Below are positions 1 through 12,108 of a DNA stretch of 64,000 bases, piece after piece. Both the position numbers and the translations under genes were made by a program. The notes beneath the pieces were generated by a model. The model searched no databases. It worked only from the letters and a program-made list of their open reading frames with translations, and was not told the origin of the DNA. This stretch comes from Nemertoderma westbladi (Eukaryota; Animalia; Xenacoelomorpha). The DNA is taken from NCBI GenBank assembly GCA_032718475.1, contig JAUCBJ010007160.1:1-64000 (forward strand), given 5' to 3'. Numbering within the stretch: the first letter of the stretch is position 1; each line of letters opens with the position of its first letter.

Positions 1-1242
1 CTCTAAAATCTGCAAATTTCTGCGAAAACGTCTGATTTTTTGTTTGTACGATTTTTTTGTTTGTATAACTAGTCTGGATCCGACCTAAAAAAAAAATTTC
101 GAAAAAATGTACTGGGGTGGTTATATTGCAGCACCAAAATTACAAGTAGTGCACATTTTCACAAAATTTGAAAGTTACATTTTTCAGCTAATTGTTTTTC
201 ATACAGGTTTTCTGGGGCGCAAAATACATTGTAAAATATTTAAAAATGATATGATTACCTATAAATGGCTGTTTAGTCCTCTCTGCGTAGGAAAAAAATG
301 AAAAAAACAAGTAACCAGCACTTTTCAGTTAGAACACAAAATTTTTAATTCACTTATACAATGCTATAAATTCACATTTTCAGGTTTTCTAGGGCACTGA
401 GTCTAATGGAATACATTTATAATTTGCCAGATCATTGCTACTTGTATTTTTCGGCGTAATTTGGCAAATTTGGTGCTAGCACCAAATTTCGTACCCATCA
501 CCAAAAAGTACAATTTTGCGATGTCCAGTGCTGTTTTTATTGATTCCATCAGATTCAGGACCCTCATAAACCCATATAACGCAACAAACAAGATGATACT
601 ATCTACTGATCAATTTGCTTATTTTCCAAAATTTGGTGCTGGCACAACAATTTTCACCCACCGGCGAAAAATACAAGTTTGAAAACTCTTATGAAATTTT
701 TACTGATTCCATTGAATTCAGACCGAAACAGCACCGAAAAATACAAGTTTGATACGCTTGGTGCAACTCGTATATATTTCATTGAAACCAGAACCCCAAA
801 AAACCCCAATTGCGTAAAAAACAAGTTTCAAACAATCAATTTACAAAATTGACAATTTCAAAATTTGGTGCTGGCACCAAAATTTGGCACCCGCCGAAAA
901 AAACAAGTTTGAAATTTCTAAATCAATTTATATGAATTCCATCCAATTGCTAACACCAAAAAAACCGGTGTAAATCAAAAATAGAGATGTTACAATTCAT
1001 ATTTAATGAAATGTAATTTTCAAAAAACTCTCAAAAAAAGTGCCAAAAGTAGGGTTAAAAAATGGTGCTATAACTCGAAAACTACCCAATATTTTTGCAC
1101 TACTAGGAAGACAATACATTTTTAGGAAAAGTCATAAAATTTCAGATTCCCAACTGCAGTTTGTTTCAGAATTATAATAAAAAAACCACAGGATGGGGGT
1201 CATATTGACCCCCCCCCCCCCCCCCCCCCCGGTTTAATAGGG
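1..1242. mobile_element. Right part of a non-autonomous TIR DNA element (piggyBac-like MITE), left end outside the window
   Basis: Ends in poly-C..GGTTTAATAGGG followed by TCAA (degenerate TTAA). Repeated GCACCAAAATT motifs are shared with the MITE at 12898-14306. Confidence 0.5.
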
Positions 1243-1384
1243 TCAAGCTGCCAAAATATACATCAAAATGAAGACTGAATGAAGGAGAATTATACCTCAC
1301 ATAGAAACACTGCAGTGTAAGAGACAAAACTGATATCAACAAAATAGAACAACAATATCTCAGGTACTAGCAGGTAATAGCACA

Positions 1385-1600
1385 AGTACTCATGGGCCGG
1401 GCTACTTCTTCCATCAGGTAGCCTACAAGACCTTGGGCTGCCCCGGCCCTGAAACATCCGAGTTCCTGAAGGAGATCGGGGCAAGACTCCACTCTGTCAC
1501 CCAGGAACCCCGATCTCACCACTTCATCCTGCAAAGGCTGGCAATCATCATCCTGGTCGGCAATGCGGCCTCCATTATGGGACCGTGGACCCCTCACTCA
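1385..1600 (+). mobile_element. 3' fragment of a CRE-like non-LTR retrotransposon (end of restriction-like endonuclease region)
   Basis: Translation GCPGPETSEFLKEIGARLHSVTQEPRSHHFILQRLAIIILVGNAASIMG resembles the CRE C-terminal G..GP....FLKE.G.RL...FL.QRL...IQRGNAASI.G pattern. Confidence 0.7.
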
Positions 1601-1863
1601 TTAACAACGAGGGACCACCACACCCCCCCCCCCCCCCCCCCCCGACAGAACAGACTTACATACACCCCCACCCCCTCCCCTGTGAAACAGACTAACTTAC
1701 ACACACCCCCCCCCCCCCCTAGCTTTCTTATTTTGTTATTCATTTTTACTGGTATTGTAGTTAATGTCAATTCATCGATTTTAAATTGCACAATAAAACA
1801 AATATAATTATTAACTTTCTAGTGTAGCTGTAAGTACTTATTTATGAGATACAACCAACGTAC

Positions 1864-2534
1864 CTGTGCTAAAACAAGACGTTCCGAGCAGCAATCAGTG
1901 CGAGCATAGACATGGACTTCCCCAACAGGAATCTGCGATCCTAAATTAACCCACCACCAATTAATTTGGGCTGCATTGGTTCCAGTGCTTCCATGCGGTT
2001 CCAGTGCAAGAGCTGTGAATCCAATTCCCATCTGTATTGCCGTCGACAACAAGCCCGGAATGAACAGAAATAGACTGGGTGTAGGTAGAGCTCTGGGTGT
2101 AGGTAGAGCTCTGGGTGTAGGTAGAGCTCTGGGTGTAGGTAGAGCTCTGGGTGTAGGTAGAGCTCTGGGTGTAGGTAGAGCTCTAGGTGTAGGTAGAGCT
2201 CTGGGTGTAGGTAGAGCTCTGGGTGTAGGTAGAGCTCTGGGTGTAGGTAGAGCTCTGGGTGTAGGTAGAGCTCTGGGTGTAGGTAGAGCTCTAGGTGTAG
2301 GTAGAGCTCTGGGTGTAGGTAGAGCTCTGGGTGTAGGTAGAGCTCTGGGTGTAGGTAGAGCTCTGGGTGTAGGTAGAGCTCTGGGTGTAGGTAGAGCTCT
2401 GGGTGTAGGTAGAGCTCTGGGTGTAGGTAGAGCTCTGGGTGTAGGTAGAGCTCTGGGTGTAGGTAGAGCTCTTTAGGTGTAGGTGTAGGTGTAGGTAGAG
2501 CTCTGACCAGTTGGTCTGTTTATTGCTGTATTTC
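1864..2534 (-). pseudogene. Host gene exon: F-type (fucose-binding) lectin domain, disrupted
   Basis: CAG| acceptor at 2534 and |GTACG donor at 1864. Repaired reading: [60 protein letters not shown]. Broken by an 18-bp repeat expansion with stops and a 19-nt frameshifting insertion. Confidence 0.85.
2075..2505. repeat. 18-bp minisatellite (CTGGGTGTAGGTAGAGCT) x about 23
   Basis: Directly visible; reads QSSTYT in the lectin exon frame on the minus strand. Confidence 0.97.
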
Positions 2535-3201
2535 CTGTAAGGGTTTATGAATAATCAATGTAGTCCAAAGTTTGAGACAGAACCTTCGATTCTTTCAAAA
2601 ATGAGTAGTGCATGTATTGAATGAATCCCAGATATTTATAACTAATGGAGTTGGAACCTTCTGGAATTGTCATCCATCCAGCCGACGTTTACGTAATTTA
2701 CTTAATTAACGTAAGTGCAGGCACGGAACAGGAATGTATTTCTATATAATTGGTTTCTAGCAGATAAGTTAAATACCATGAAGACTGCCTACTGTATTTT
2801 TACAATCATCCCCCCCCCTGTTTTGAAAACTGAATGCCAAAAGTAAAAATTAAAGATATCGATCTATCTATATAAAATGCTTTTATATGTATACAGTATA
2901 TATATATATACACGGGGTGGAATACTTCAAACAAGTCAGAGGGGAAATGGTGGGGCGGGTGGGATTGCAGATTGGACAAGACCAGCCACAACGTATCATG
3001 AGTTGAAAAGTCTGTAAATATTCCATCCCTGCCCTGCCTGCCCTACCCGGTCTCTCCACTACTACAGTATGATGTACAGCTTCGTATAATATATAACATG
3101 ACGGATGACATGCAAGCTTCATATAAGTTCTATGTATTTATATTAATTTAAAAGTTCTATATCTCTTATAAAAAAATATAATCATTGTAGGAATACACCA
3201 C

Positions 3202-3363
3202 CTTCATCAGTTCCGCATTGTGTAGAGACACCACTGCAAGGTTCCCCGTTAGGGCTAGGTACAGGATTGTCACAAATTCTTCTCGATATTACATTTTGTG
3301 GTGCAACACATTCCCCTTGGTCGTCTCTCATCCAAAGTCCCCATTCACTCCATCCGCCGTCAA
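3202..3363 (-). CDS. Host gene exon: thrombospondin type-1 repeat
   Basis: VDGGWSEWGLW..C...SRRICDNPVPSPNGEPCSG..QC; TTTTAG| acceptor; phase 1-1. The exact donor (3202 or 3199) is uncertain. Confidence 0.85.
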
Positions 3364-3747
3364 CTAAAATGTTATCTTTGATTAACATCTAATATTATTA
3401 AAGTTGCAGGCTGTTTCTTTATATACAATGTTCGTGCACTTTATTACCGGTATTACTTACCGTACAAGATACAAGTATACTTAATTCTGCAATACACATA
3501 CTGTACTGACATATTAATTAAATTGTATGATTTTCCTGATTCTGGACTAGAATTTGTTGTGTGATGATGAAGCGGGAATTTTCCGCCGAAATATATTTAA
3601 TTCACTACATACTTAAAAATAAAAAAAAAATAAAAAAAAAAAACTTTTGAAATGAACTCCGAACTTATATATTTTTCCTTACTTATTAGAAATAATTAAT
3701 ATTATATTATTATAATATAAACATCTGCTTTTTATAGTTGTGACATT

Positions 3748-3935
3748 CCTGGGTTTCCAATCTGGAGGCCCAGGTTCGATCCCTAGGTGGGGCAAAGTTG
3801 TTTGAGCACAGCCATAAAAAGCTGCGGCCTAACCAAAGCCCAACCCAAGCTTTCATCCCTGACTGGTCGATAAATGGGAATAAAGACAATTTTAGAAACA
3901 GAGTGAAAGGTTTTACTGTGGAAGATCACCCATGT
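3748..3935 (+). mobile_element. tRNA-derived SINE, 5'-truncated
   Basis: B-box GGTTCGATCCC; core TCATCCCTGACTGGTCGATAAATG; related copy at 39910-40090. Confidence 0.6.
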
Positions 3936-4350
3936 TTGTGCACATGAATTGATTATTATATTCGTATTATTAAAATTGGAATATGGAATCAAACAATGCT
4001 GTAGCAGTGTCTTATTATTCAGCAGCTTCTTGCAATTGGCCTACCATGCTTCCAAATGGTCTGTACATGATTAAGCGTTTACTTAGGAAGATTGAAGTTG
4101 CTGCTGATTATTTGCAATCAGAGTCATCATAATCATAAAATTGCTTGTTTGAGTGCTGCTGTTACAATTTTTATTTAGCAAAAATATTTTACATTAGGCC
4201 TACCATTCAATAAGATACGAACCGGAAAAATAACCCAAATTCAATGTCAAAAACTTTTCAAAATAGGGAAAATAAAGAATAGTAGCACAAGCTCCAAATA
4301 ATAATCGATAAAATTAGAAAAGTAGTAGGGGTCTAGCGTATATTGATTAC

Positions 4351-4539
4351 CATTGCAGGAAGGGGTACAGTAGCCCCAATTCCCAGACACGTAGGTGCGA
4401 TCTTGAGTGACTTCGGTGGCACACCATTTATCTTCTCTTGTCGTCAATGGACAATCATTGTACTCGATTCCTTGGTAGATAAATGGGATCACACAGTTCC
4501 GAAATGGCCTTGGACCTGAAGTTGTTCTGCATGAGCGCT
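4351..4539 (-). CDS. Host gene exon: fibronectin type II domain
   Basis: CRTTSGPRPFRNCVIPFIYQGIEYNDC..KWCATEV..GNWGYC; TTTCAG| acceptor and |GTAATC donor; phase 1-1. Confidence 0.9.
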
Positions 4540-4770
4540 CTGAAAATATAAGCCACATCTCATATGCGAATATAACTACAGTAGATCTATAGATGTATAC
4601 TAAATAGTTAGTTAGTTAGTTTATTGACATAAAGTTAGATTGTAAATAAAGGAGATATACAATTATTAACCAGCACAACACCACTTTACGTCCTGATATT
4701 AATTCAATTCAATATATTAGATTCGGTCTGTGCAGACAATTTAAAATGGTCAATCAGTGAAGTATGCACA

Positions 4771-7430
4771 CTACTACTACTACTAAAATCGGCATGCTGC
4801 TTTGCAGCTGCATTTTTAAGAATGCTGTGCCGTCTTGTCAACAAAATTGCACCGCCACAACTCCCTATCACCCATGACATTTGCTAGATCATCCGCATCT
4901 TTAAGGCCAGTGTCCTTTAAGATTCGTCTCAAGAAAGTCATGGGCTGTCCACCATGCTTATTCACTCCATGAGGCTGCCAAAGTACAATATTATGCACTG
5001 GCTGGTCCTCACGGCGAAAGCAATGTCCTGCAAAGCGGAGGCGATTTTGTTCTAGTGTCAAGCTTGGGGGAACCAATGAGACACCTCCAATGTTGGTTCA
5101 CGGTCCTTGACATAGGTGACCATTATTACCGTAATGTGTGTGTGTGTGTGTGTTAGTGTGTGTGTGTGTGTGTGTGTCCAGAGCGATATCTCAGTTATTT
5201 ATTAATCAATCGAAACAAAATTTGGACAAAAGTTAGATATAGGGATGGCGAAGGCTCATACAAAAAATTGGGTGTCGAGATGGTATTTGTGCGATGTGAG
5301 CGCTATATTTGCGTGTTTTCGCATGGTTTAGGAAAAAGCTATCTTGTCATAGGGAACGCAATGAATGATTCTGATATTTGGCATGGAGGTACCTGAATTA
5401 TTTGTAAATCGATTAACGGAGGCCGATTTTTAAATTTGGACCTACATTATGACCTAATTGAAGATTTAATTAAGGTAATTAATTAGCACTGCTAGTACTG
5501 TCTGATTGTCTGCCTGTAGTAGGCATACCGGACCGGTACTACCTGACCACTGTAGGCCTATCTGCCTATCTTCATACTGTCATAGGTCAGTACAGCAGTA
5601 GGTCCTAGCCTAGCCCTAGCAGTAAATATAATATTTCGCCATGTTCGCAGGCGACTTCGCACTGACTACCAGTAGGCCTATGCAGCTATGCTATGAGATT
5701 AACCGTCCAGTCGTTCAGATGCATATGGTACCGGTACTGGAACGGGTTACGGTTTAATCCTACATTTGTCAATTACGACAATACCGGTACGACTTTGAGT
5801 ACCGCTGTACCGGTACGCGGTAGCCTACCGTTACCGGTTGACCGGTAGGCGTAGGCGGTAGACCTACGGTGCGATGGTAGCCAGCCGGTAGGTGGTAGGC
5901 TTACCGTACCAGTATAAATGTTGGCGGATGGCGGGATGACGTCGTGTGGCGCGTAATTACTTACCGGTTGCCGGTAGACGCCTACCCAACTCGTAACTGG
6001 TGGTCGTGGTCGTGGTGGGATGAGCACAGGAGCATGAGGTCGCCTACGATGGGAACAAGTGAAAAGGAAACATAGGCCTACCCGAACGAAAACGTATTAT
6101 TATTGTACTGATTAAGTAGGAGGACCGTGAACCTTCCAGGCTTGCCAGCTTGTTATATAGTGTCTGGTTGGAGATGTGTGCATTGTACTTGACACAATGA
6201 ACCCGGCGTAGCATTCTTGTGAATGTGCCATCCAGAGATTTGGTCTCCTCAGCAGTTAGAGCCCAGCATGGACTCCCGTAGAGGAGTACTGGAACTACTG
6301 CTGCTCTAAATAATCGGACCTTAAGTATCCGATTAATTCTCGGTGACTTCCAAATCCTGGAAAGCCTATTCAAGGCTGCACATGCCTTTCCCTTACGTAT
6401 TCGAAGGTCCTCACCTGACTTCCGGATCCATGATCCCAGGTAACAGAAGTCGTCCACATGCTCAAGCATACCATCCTTTGAGCTTATGCTCATCCGATCA
6501 GAGACTTGCTGAGGACTTTCAAAGTTAACTGTCAGAATTTTGGTCTTTCTGGAGTTAATAAAAAGACCAACACTAGAAGCAGCATGTTCTAATGAGCTGA
6601 GGAGCCGTTGGGCTCCCTCTAATGATTCTGAGAGTACTCCTAAGTCATCAGCAAAGTCTAGATCAGTTAGGTACTTGGCAGGATTTCCTCGACTTCTGGA
6701 GCCAGTAGGTGGAGTTATCATCACCCCATCATCATTATAATGATCTAAGGACATGCGCAGAACATAGTCAACCACAATAATGAACAAGAATGGTGCAAGT
6801 GTGTCTCCTTGGAGGACGCCCCATAACACTTCAAATGGTTCTGTGTCACCATCAACAGTAGACACAAATGTTGTCGAACCATCGTATACTGATCTGATTG
6901 CTGCAATAATTTCATCAGGAATCCCATATAATGAAAGTATGCTGAACATACGTGAGCGAGAGACTGAATCAAAGGCCTTGAAGAAGTCAACAAAGATAAC
7001 AGCCAGGTGCCTGTCTTTCTTTTTTGATAACTCTTCAATTATCCTTCTAAGTGCCAAAATGGGCTCCATGGTCCCACGACCTTTACGGAACCCATTCTGA
7101 TTTCCACGTAGCAGTCTCTCAATGGGATCCCTGATGCGATTTAATAGAATTCTATTGTATAGTTTTGCGGCAATCGAGATCAATGAGATTCCCCGAAAAG
7201 AACCATAGAGTGTTAGGTTGCCCTTCTTGGGAACTGGCACCAACTTATTTGTTTTCATTTCTTGTGGGACTCTTGTTGTACGGTACATGTCTACTATGTG
7301 ATCACAACACATCATCATCAGGATCATCCTGGTGTCACTTGGCTAGTGGGATCACAAAATATGTGTGCTATCTTATTTATATGAGATCAATCAGCTGATG
7401 GTGTACTCAGCCTCATAATGATGACATATA
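4771..7430 (-). mobile_element. RTE-clade LINE, 5'-truncated, RT domain, interrupted by an insertion at 5095-6150
   Basis: ORF 6044-7327 with PKKG, QNGFR, VDFFKAFDS, GVLQGDTLAP, FADD, FCYLGS; C-terminal part at 4816-5090 (RLRFAGHC); (TAG)n tail at 4771. Confidence 0.92.
5095..6150. mobile_element. Non-autonomous insertion with short inverted repeats inside the RTE
   Basis: GGTTCACGGTCCT (5095) / AGGACCGTGAACC (6121-6133); TGTT on both flanks (5091-5094, 6151-6154); the uninterrupted site is seen in the sister copy near 7715. Confidence 0.65.
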
Positions 7431-8035
7431 GTTTGAAGTGTTATGGGGCGTCCTTCAGGGAGACACACTTGCACCATTCTTGTTCATAATTATGGTTGAC
7501 TATGTTCTACGCATGTCCTTAGATCACCATAATGATGATGGGGTGATGATAACTCCAGCTACTGGCTCCAGAAGTCGAGGAAATCCTGCCAAGTACCTAA
7601 CTGATCTAGGTCTGACTAACTGACTAACTGACTAACTGATCTGATCTAACTGATCTGATGTCCTACGCCGTGTTCATTGAGTCAAGTACAATGCACACAT
7701 CTCCAACCAGACACTATATAACATTTGAGGTGTCTCATTGGTTCCCCCAAGCTTGACACTAAAACTAAATCGCATCCGCTTTGCAGGACATTGCTTTCGC
7801 TGTGAGGACCAGCCAGTGCATAATCTTGTACTTTGACAGCCTCATGGAGTGAATAAGCATTGTGGACAGCCCATGACTTTCTTGAGACGCATCTTAAAGG
7901 ACACTGGCCTTGAAGATGTGGATGATCTAGCAAATGTCATGGGTGATAGGAAGTTGTGGTGGCGCAATTTTGTCGACAAGCCGGCACAGCATTCTTAAAA
8001 ATGCAGCTGCAATGCAGCATGCCGATACTAGTAGT
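7431..8035 (+). mobile_element. Second, internally deleted copy of the same RTE LINE in inverted orientation
   Basis: LWGVLQGDTLAPFLF..PAKYLTDL is nearly identical to the minus copy; same 3' end with a TAGTAGTA tail; (CTAA/CTGA)n filler at the deletion. Confidence 0.9.
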
Positions 8036-8080
8036 ATATAACAGAAATTATATAACAGTAATGCCAATTATATATATTAC

Positions 8081-8231
8081 CTCCAGGCCATCCATGGGAA
8101 TTTTCCTGTTATGATTAGCGACTTAGTGACTTTGTTGAACTCGTAAATGTCAAGATCTGGGATGCTGCACCTACTGAATGACTCCTCATCAACTGTAATT
8201 AGGGGAGTGTTGCAGGTCACTACAGTATCAC
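8081..8231 (-). CDS. Host gene exon: beta/gamma-crystallin-like motif
   Basis: TTGCAG| ... |GTAATA; 151 nt open, phase 1-2: GDTVVTCNTPLITVDEESFSRCSIPDLDIYEFNKVTKSLIITGKFPWMAW. Joins in frame to the exon at 30314-30468. Confidence 0.75.
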
Positions 8232-9004
8232 CTGCAATAATTAGCATAAATTGAGTTAGCTAATAACCACAAAAGAGAAGGTTATTATAGAAGTTCAATC
8301 CAAATATTTAATATTTCTGGTTGACGTTGAGCGTGGCGTGGCGTAAGCATGATTACATTCAGGTATACTCCGGGGGTGGAGAATCTCTTGTGGGTACATT
8401 CGGAATAAATAAAATATTATGATTATAAATATAGAATACTGAAGCAGGATAGAAAAACATCACAATACGTCACTCATGAGCTTACCCATTATTTGTGGAG
8501 TTAAATTAATCAGTGTAAATAAATTTAGTGTAATTCTAATACTAATGGACAATAGTTTAAGTAATCCAAAAATTATTATTACCCCAGCAAAACCAGGTTC
8601 CCATTATACTGCGGGGTTTGCATAGGCATAAATTCCCAATCCTATATTACAAACGTTTTGTCGATGACAGTTATTCTATCATCACAACACGCGCACAACC
8701 GACGCGTTTTAGACCATTTTCTTAAAATATCTAACGCTGCAGCAATGGAACTCTATGGTACTAACGATATCCAATTTACAATTTCATACACTCTATGTCT
8801 ATTTAATACATTCTATTCTTGGATGTGCTTAGGGAGGGAGATACAACGCAATAGATACCTTGAAAATGTCTTGGAATAAATACAAGAATACATTTACACG
8901 AAAAAACTAACAAGTTATAATATACTATAAATTTTATAAGATTAAAAACTTTGAAAATAATTGCACTAAACATTATCCCACAACCAGATGACGTAACCTA
9001 GGTT

Positions 9005-10921
9005 ACAAACACAAACACAAACAAGGTAGGCCTAGCAGCATGTTCTGTTGTATGAACATGATGGTGAGCTGGAAGCAGTACTAGGGCCTCATCAGCTGAG
9101 TGGGCTTCCAAATAGTGCAGGGATGAACCTTCAAAGGAGCCCTATCCGGATCAGCGTTATCTCCTTGATGGCAGCAGGGATATCTTGTAGTAGGTAGCCA
9201 CAATCTGCTTGCACACATTGGAACAACCCAGTGTATGCTGTCTGGGGGAAATCTTTCGCGACCTCTGCAAGGTTATTGATGTTGTCGACCTTATTGGTGA
9301 TGAACTCCTTCTGACCACCGTCATCTCCGATGTATCCCCCAAGGAAGCGGTGTTTCATAGTAATGCGAACTCCGCTCGCACCGAACATTGCGTGGGCTTC
9401 CGATTCCAGCCCTGGTTTGACGATGAGGCTCTGGGTGGTAGCCAATGCTGGGGCACAAGCGGAGGAGCTCAGACCACCCCTCCCGGATACCAGACAGTCC
9501 TCCTGCCTAAGACACATCATCCGTGTACCAGCACTGGCATTGAGATGGACTAGTGGGTTGAGAAGTCTGATAGTGAGTGGGAATATCAGAGTCTCTGAGA
9601 ATTGGTGTACCAAACTCACCAGGTGTCAGTATGCCGAACTCATTGGATGTTGGTGTGCTGAACTCGCTCGGCATCGGTGTGCTGAATGCATTGGATGTCA
9701 GTGTGCCGAACTTCACTGGGCATTGGTGTGCTGAACACGCTGGGCATCAGTGTGCCAAACTCATTGGATGTTGGTGTGCCAAACTAGCTGGGTGTCAGTT
9801 TGCTGAACTCGCTGGATGTCAGTGTTCTGACCTCGCTGGATGTCAGTGTTCTGACCTCGCTGGATGTCAGTGTTCTGACCTAGCTGGATGTTGGGGTACT
9901 GAACTCGCCAGGTGTCAGTATGCCAGATTCAGTGGGTGCCAGGGTACCGGTTCGTGGTGGGTTGGAACTTGGTTGTGGGTTTGTACTATGGCTGTAGGGA
10001 TCAGACCTCGCACAGCTTCTGGATTATCAGTAGGGTTCTGCAACCATCGCTCAGCATAGCAAGAGGGTTGCTCTGGGTCATTCCCTCTGATGGCTCCAGA
10101 TATGCGACCATTGTACTCTTTAAACAGGAACCTCGAACAGCTATGCCTCTATACCATTACACTCGGCAGTACCAAAGGATGAGAGGGCAACTCAGGCTGT
10201 TAAATGCATTTTTCATATTGACCATCAGCATTGCCTGGGTTGAGCCCTCCTCGAAGATGAAGGACATGGCGCGGATGCCAGTCACGGCACCCTCAATCCC
10301 TGCCTTCACTCCAATGCATAGTTGGTCTGCCCCGCATTGATTTTCTAGATCCGCCTTCGTCGCCATTGCCATGCAGTTTGCGAGGAGGTGGGGAGCTTTT
10401 CCCCGACCCCGATTGGATGGACACCGGGCTGCGTATCAAGTCCGATGAAGCGGAAAGCTCGGAGGCCCTGGATCTCACCCCATGGCACAATTTTGTTGGC
10501 TAGTCGTCTTGCTGAACCCGCGATGGCATCATGCAATCAGATGTTGTGGGTGTCGTATCTGGTTAACAATGCATGCCACAGCTCTGCATCACCCCCTATC
10601 GGACCAGAGCTTCCCTGAAGCACCAGGGCCACCTTCAGGAAGTGCTGCCACGTGATATCAATGCTCTTTAGAGGGGGGAGGTTTCCCATGGATCTAAGAC
10701 AGTGGGAGAAATCATTGACTGAGGTGGATGCTTTTCTTCCAGTGTGTCTCGGACCTTAATGCCCTGGGGTTTTCCCTCCACTTGTGCCTGGGTGTCCAGA
10801 ACTCCACCCCCTTCTCGCTCGGGTTACCATCCAGACGGCAGACCTATTCATTCCTGCTAAGATCCAAGCAGTGTTGGCAGGATCACTCCCTGGTTAGTTG
10901 GGAACAAAATTATTCGCAAAT
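9005..10921 (-). mobile_element. Degraded CRE-like non-LTR retrotransposon (RT fragments); probably continues after 25629
   Basis: Fragments PGVHPIGVGE, CGADQLCIGVKAGIEGAV, NMKNAFNSL, HRFLGGYIG; (TTTGTG)n end near 9005; split by the LTR element. Confidence 0.7.
9600..9950. repeat. Degenerate 27-bp tandem repeat (CTCGCTGGATGTCAGTGTTCTGAC-like) x about 13
   Basis: Directly visible. Confidence 0.85.
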
Positions 10922-12108
10922 TGTAAAAGCTTTTGTGGGATAACTGATTCGTTTGCCTTGCTGGCCAGTTCCCCCCCGGTCGCTAGAATACTCTAAAAGG
11001 GATCTATAGCTAAAATAGTGCAAGCTACCAGCTTATTGGCTGATGTGCTGTACGAAGGTATCTGGGTTCTGTTCGATCGGCCAACCAGCTTAGGGAGGTT
11101 GCCTCAGCCCTGCTGTCCGCATCGGCCAATAGAATTTGAGTGGGCGTTGATTTTGACCTATCCCAGAGCTACTGAACTGAATTTTCCTATCTCACTGCTC
11201 ATCCTCTGTGTTGGACGGGAGCTTCGGGGAATAAGGGTAGTTGGTATCCTCGTATAGTCAAGTAGTCACATGTTTCTGTTGTTGTGTTCCCATTTTTCGC
11301 CATAACACCGGCTTTTGGAACAACTCTAGTAAAACTGCTTAAATTATCGAAAGTATAACTGTTATTCGATCAATCAATCAACTAATCTAACTGATCTAAT
11401 TAACTCACTATTAATCATATTGTTTGTACTGTTATTTACCGTCAGTTATTAATTGTATCTATTTGTTGAGGAAATATTGCTCTTTGGAGAATACTGATAA
11501 ATCACCCAAAATTCCCAATTTTCTTGATACACTACAGGTTAGAGAGACAGGCTATATATAACAATTGCGATTTATATCAATGTGGTGTGTATTGAATCTA
11601 ATGTTATTTAGCAGACCCTACATGAGTCAATTGCTGCTCTCTTTATGTGTGATCAAATTTACTGACGGTCGGCAGAATAGTGTGCATGATTGTGATTGGT
11701 AACAAAGCATTTCCTAAAGAATGCGCCTTATACTTTAATCATAAGCAGTATCGTTGCGTTTAGTATAAGTCCTAGTTCTGTTTAAATAGATAGAGCGCCA
11801 CGTCCTAAAGGAACTGTTAATATTTCCCGAAAGCCAATAATATCTGTCAGAAATTAATTATTAACGATCTATCGAATAATACAATAGGTTTACACTGCAA
11901 CCTTACACTGCAATAATAAAATTTAAGCAGCCGAATTCAGCCTCCCGGGTGTAGATCCATCGGGTGAATGATCGCGCATGGGCTGGCTTCGGTTAATGTT
12001 TTGTTTATTAGCATAAAATATTGTCGTATGCTAAAGGTGTTTTAATTAACTAAAAGACATATAAATTTTGGCAGGTTAAACTGCTAAAGGTCTTCAAAAG
12101 CGCGAACA
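10922..12108 (+). repeat. 5' LTR (1187 bp)
   Basis: TGTAAAAGC...GCGCGAACA; matches the 3' LTR in every segment compared by eye. Confidence 0.96.
11781..11920 (+). promoter_or_regulatory. Putative LTR TATA-like box, transcription start region and poly(A) signal
   Basis: TTTAAATAG at 11781 (TTTATATAG in the diverged LTR); 31-nt block 11794-11824 identical in the diverged LTR; AATAAA at 11915-11920 also present there. Confidence 0.55.

Noticed and set aside
1290-1350. VFLCEV, resembling the F-lectin C-terminal LCEV motif
   Set aside because: Too short, followed by a stop, with no convincing exon upstream.
1976-2476. (LGVGRA)n ORF, or a (RALPTP)n mucin-like reading
   Set aside because: Splice phase and flanking lectin motifs show that the relevant frame is QSSTYT on the minus strand.
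11018-11257. 79-aa ORF duplicated at 23655
   Set aside because: GTG start, no recognisable motif; duplicated only because it lies in the LTR.
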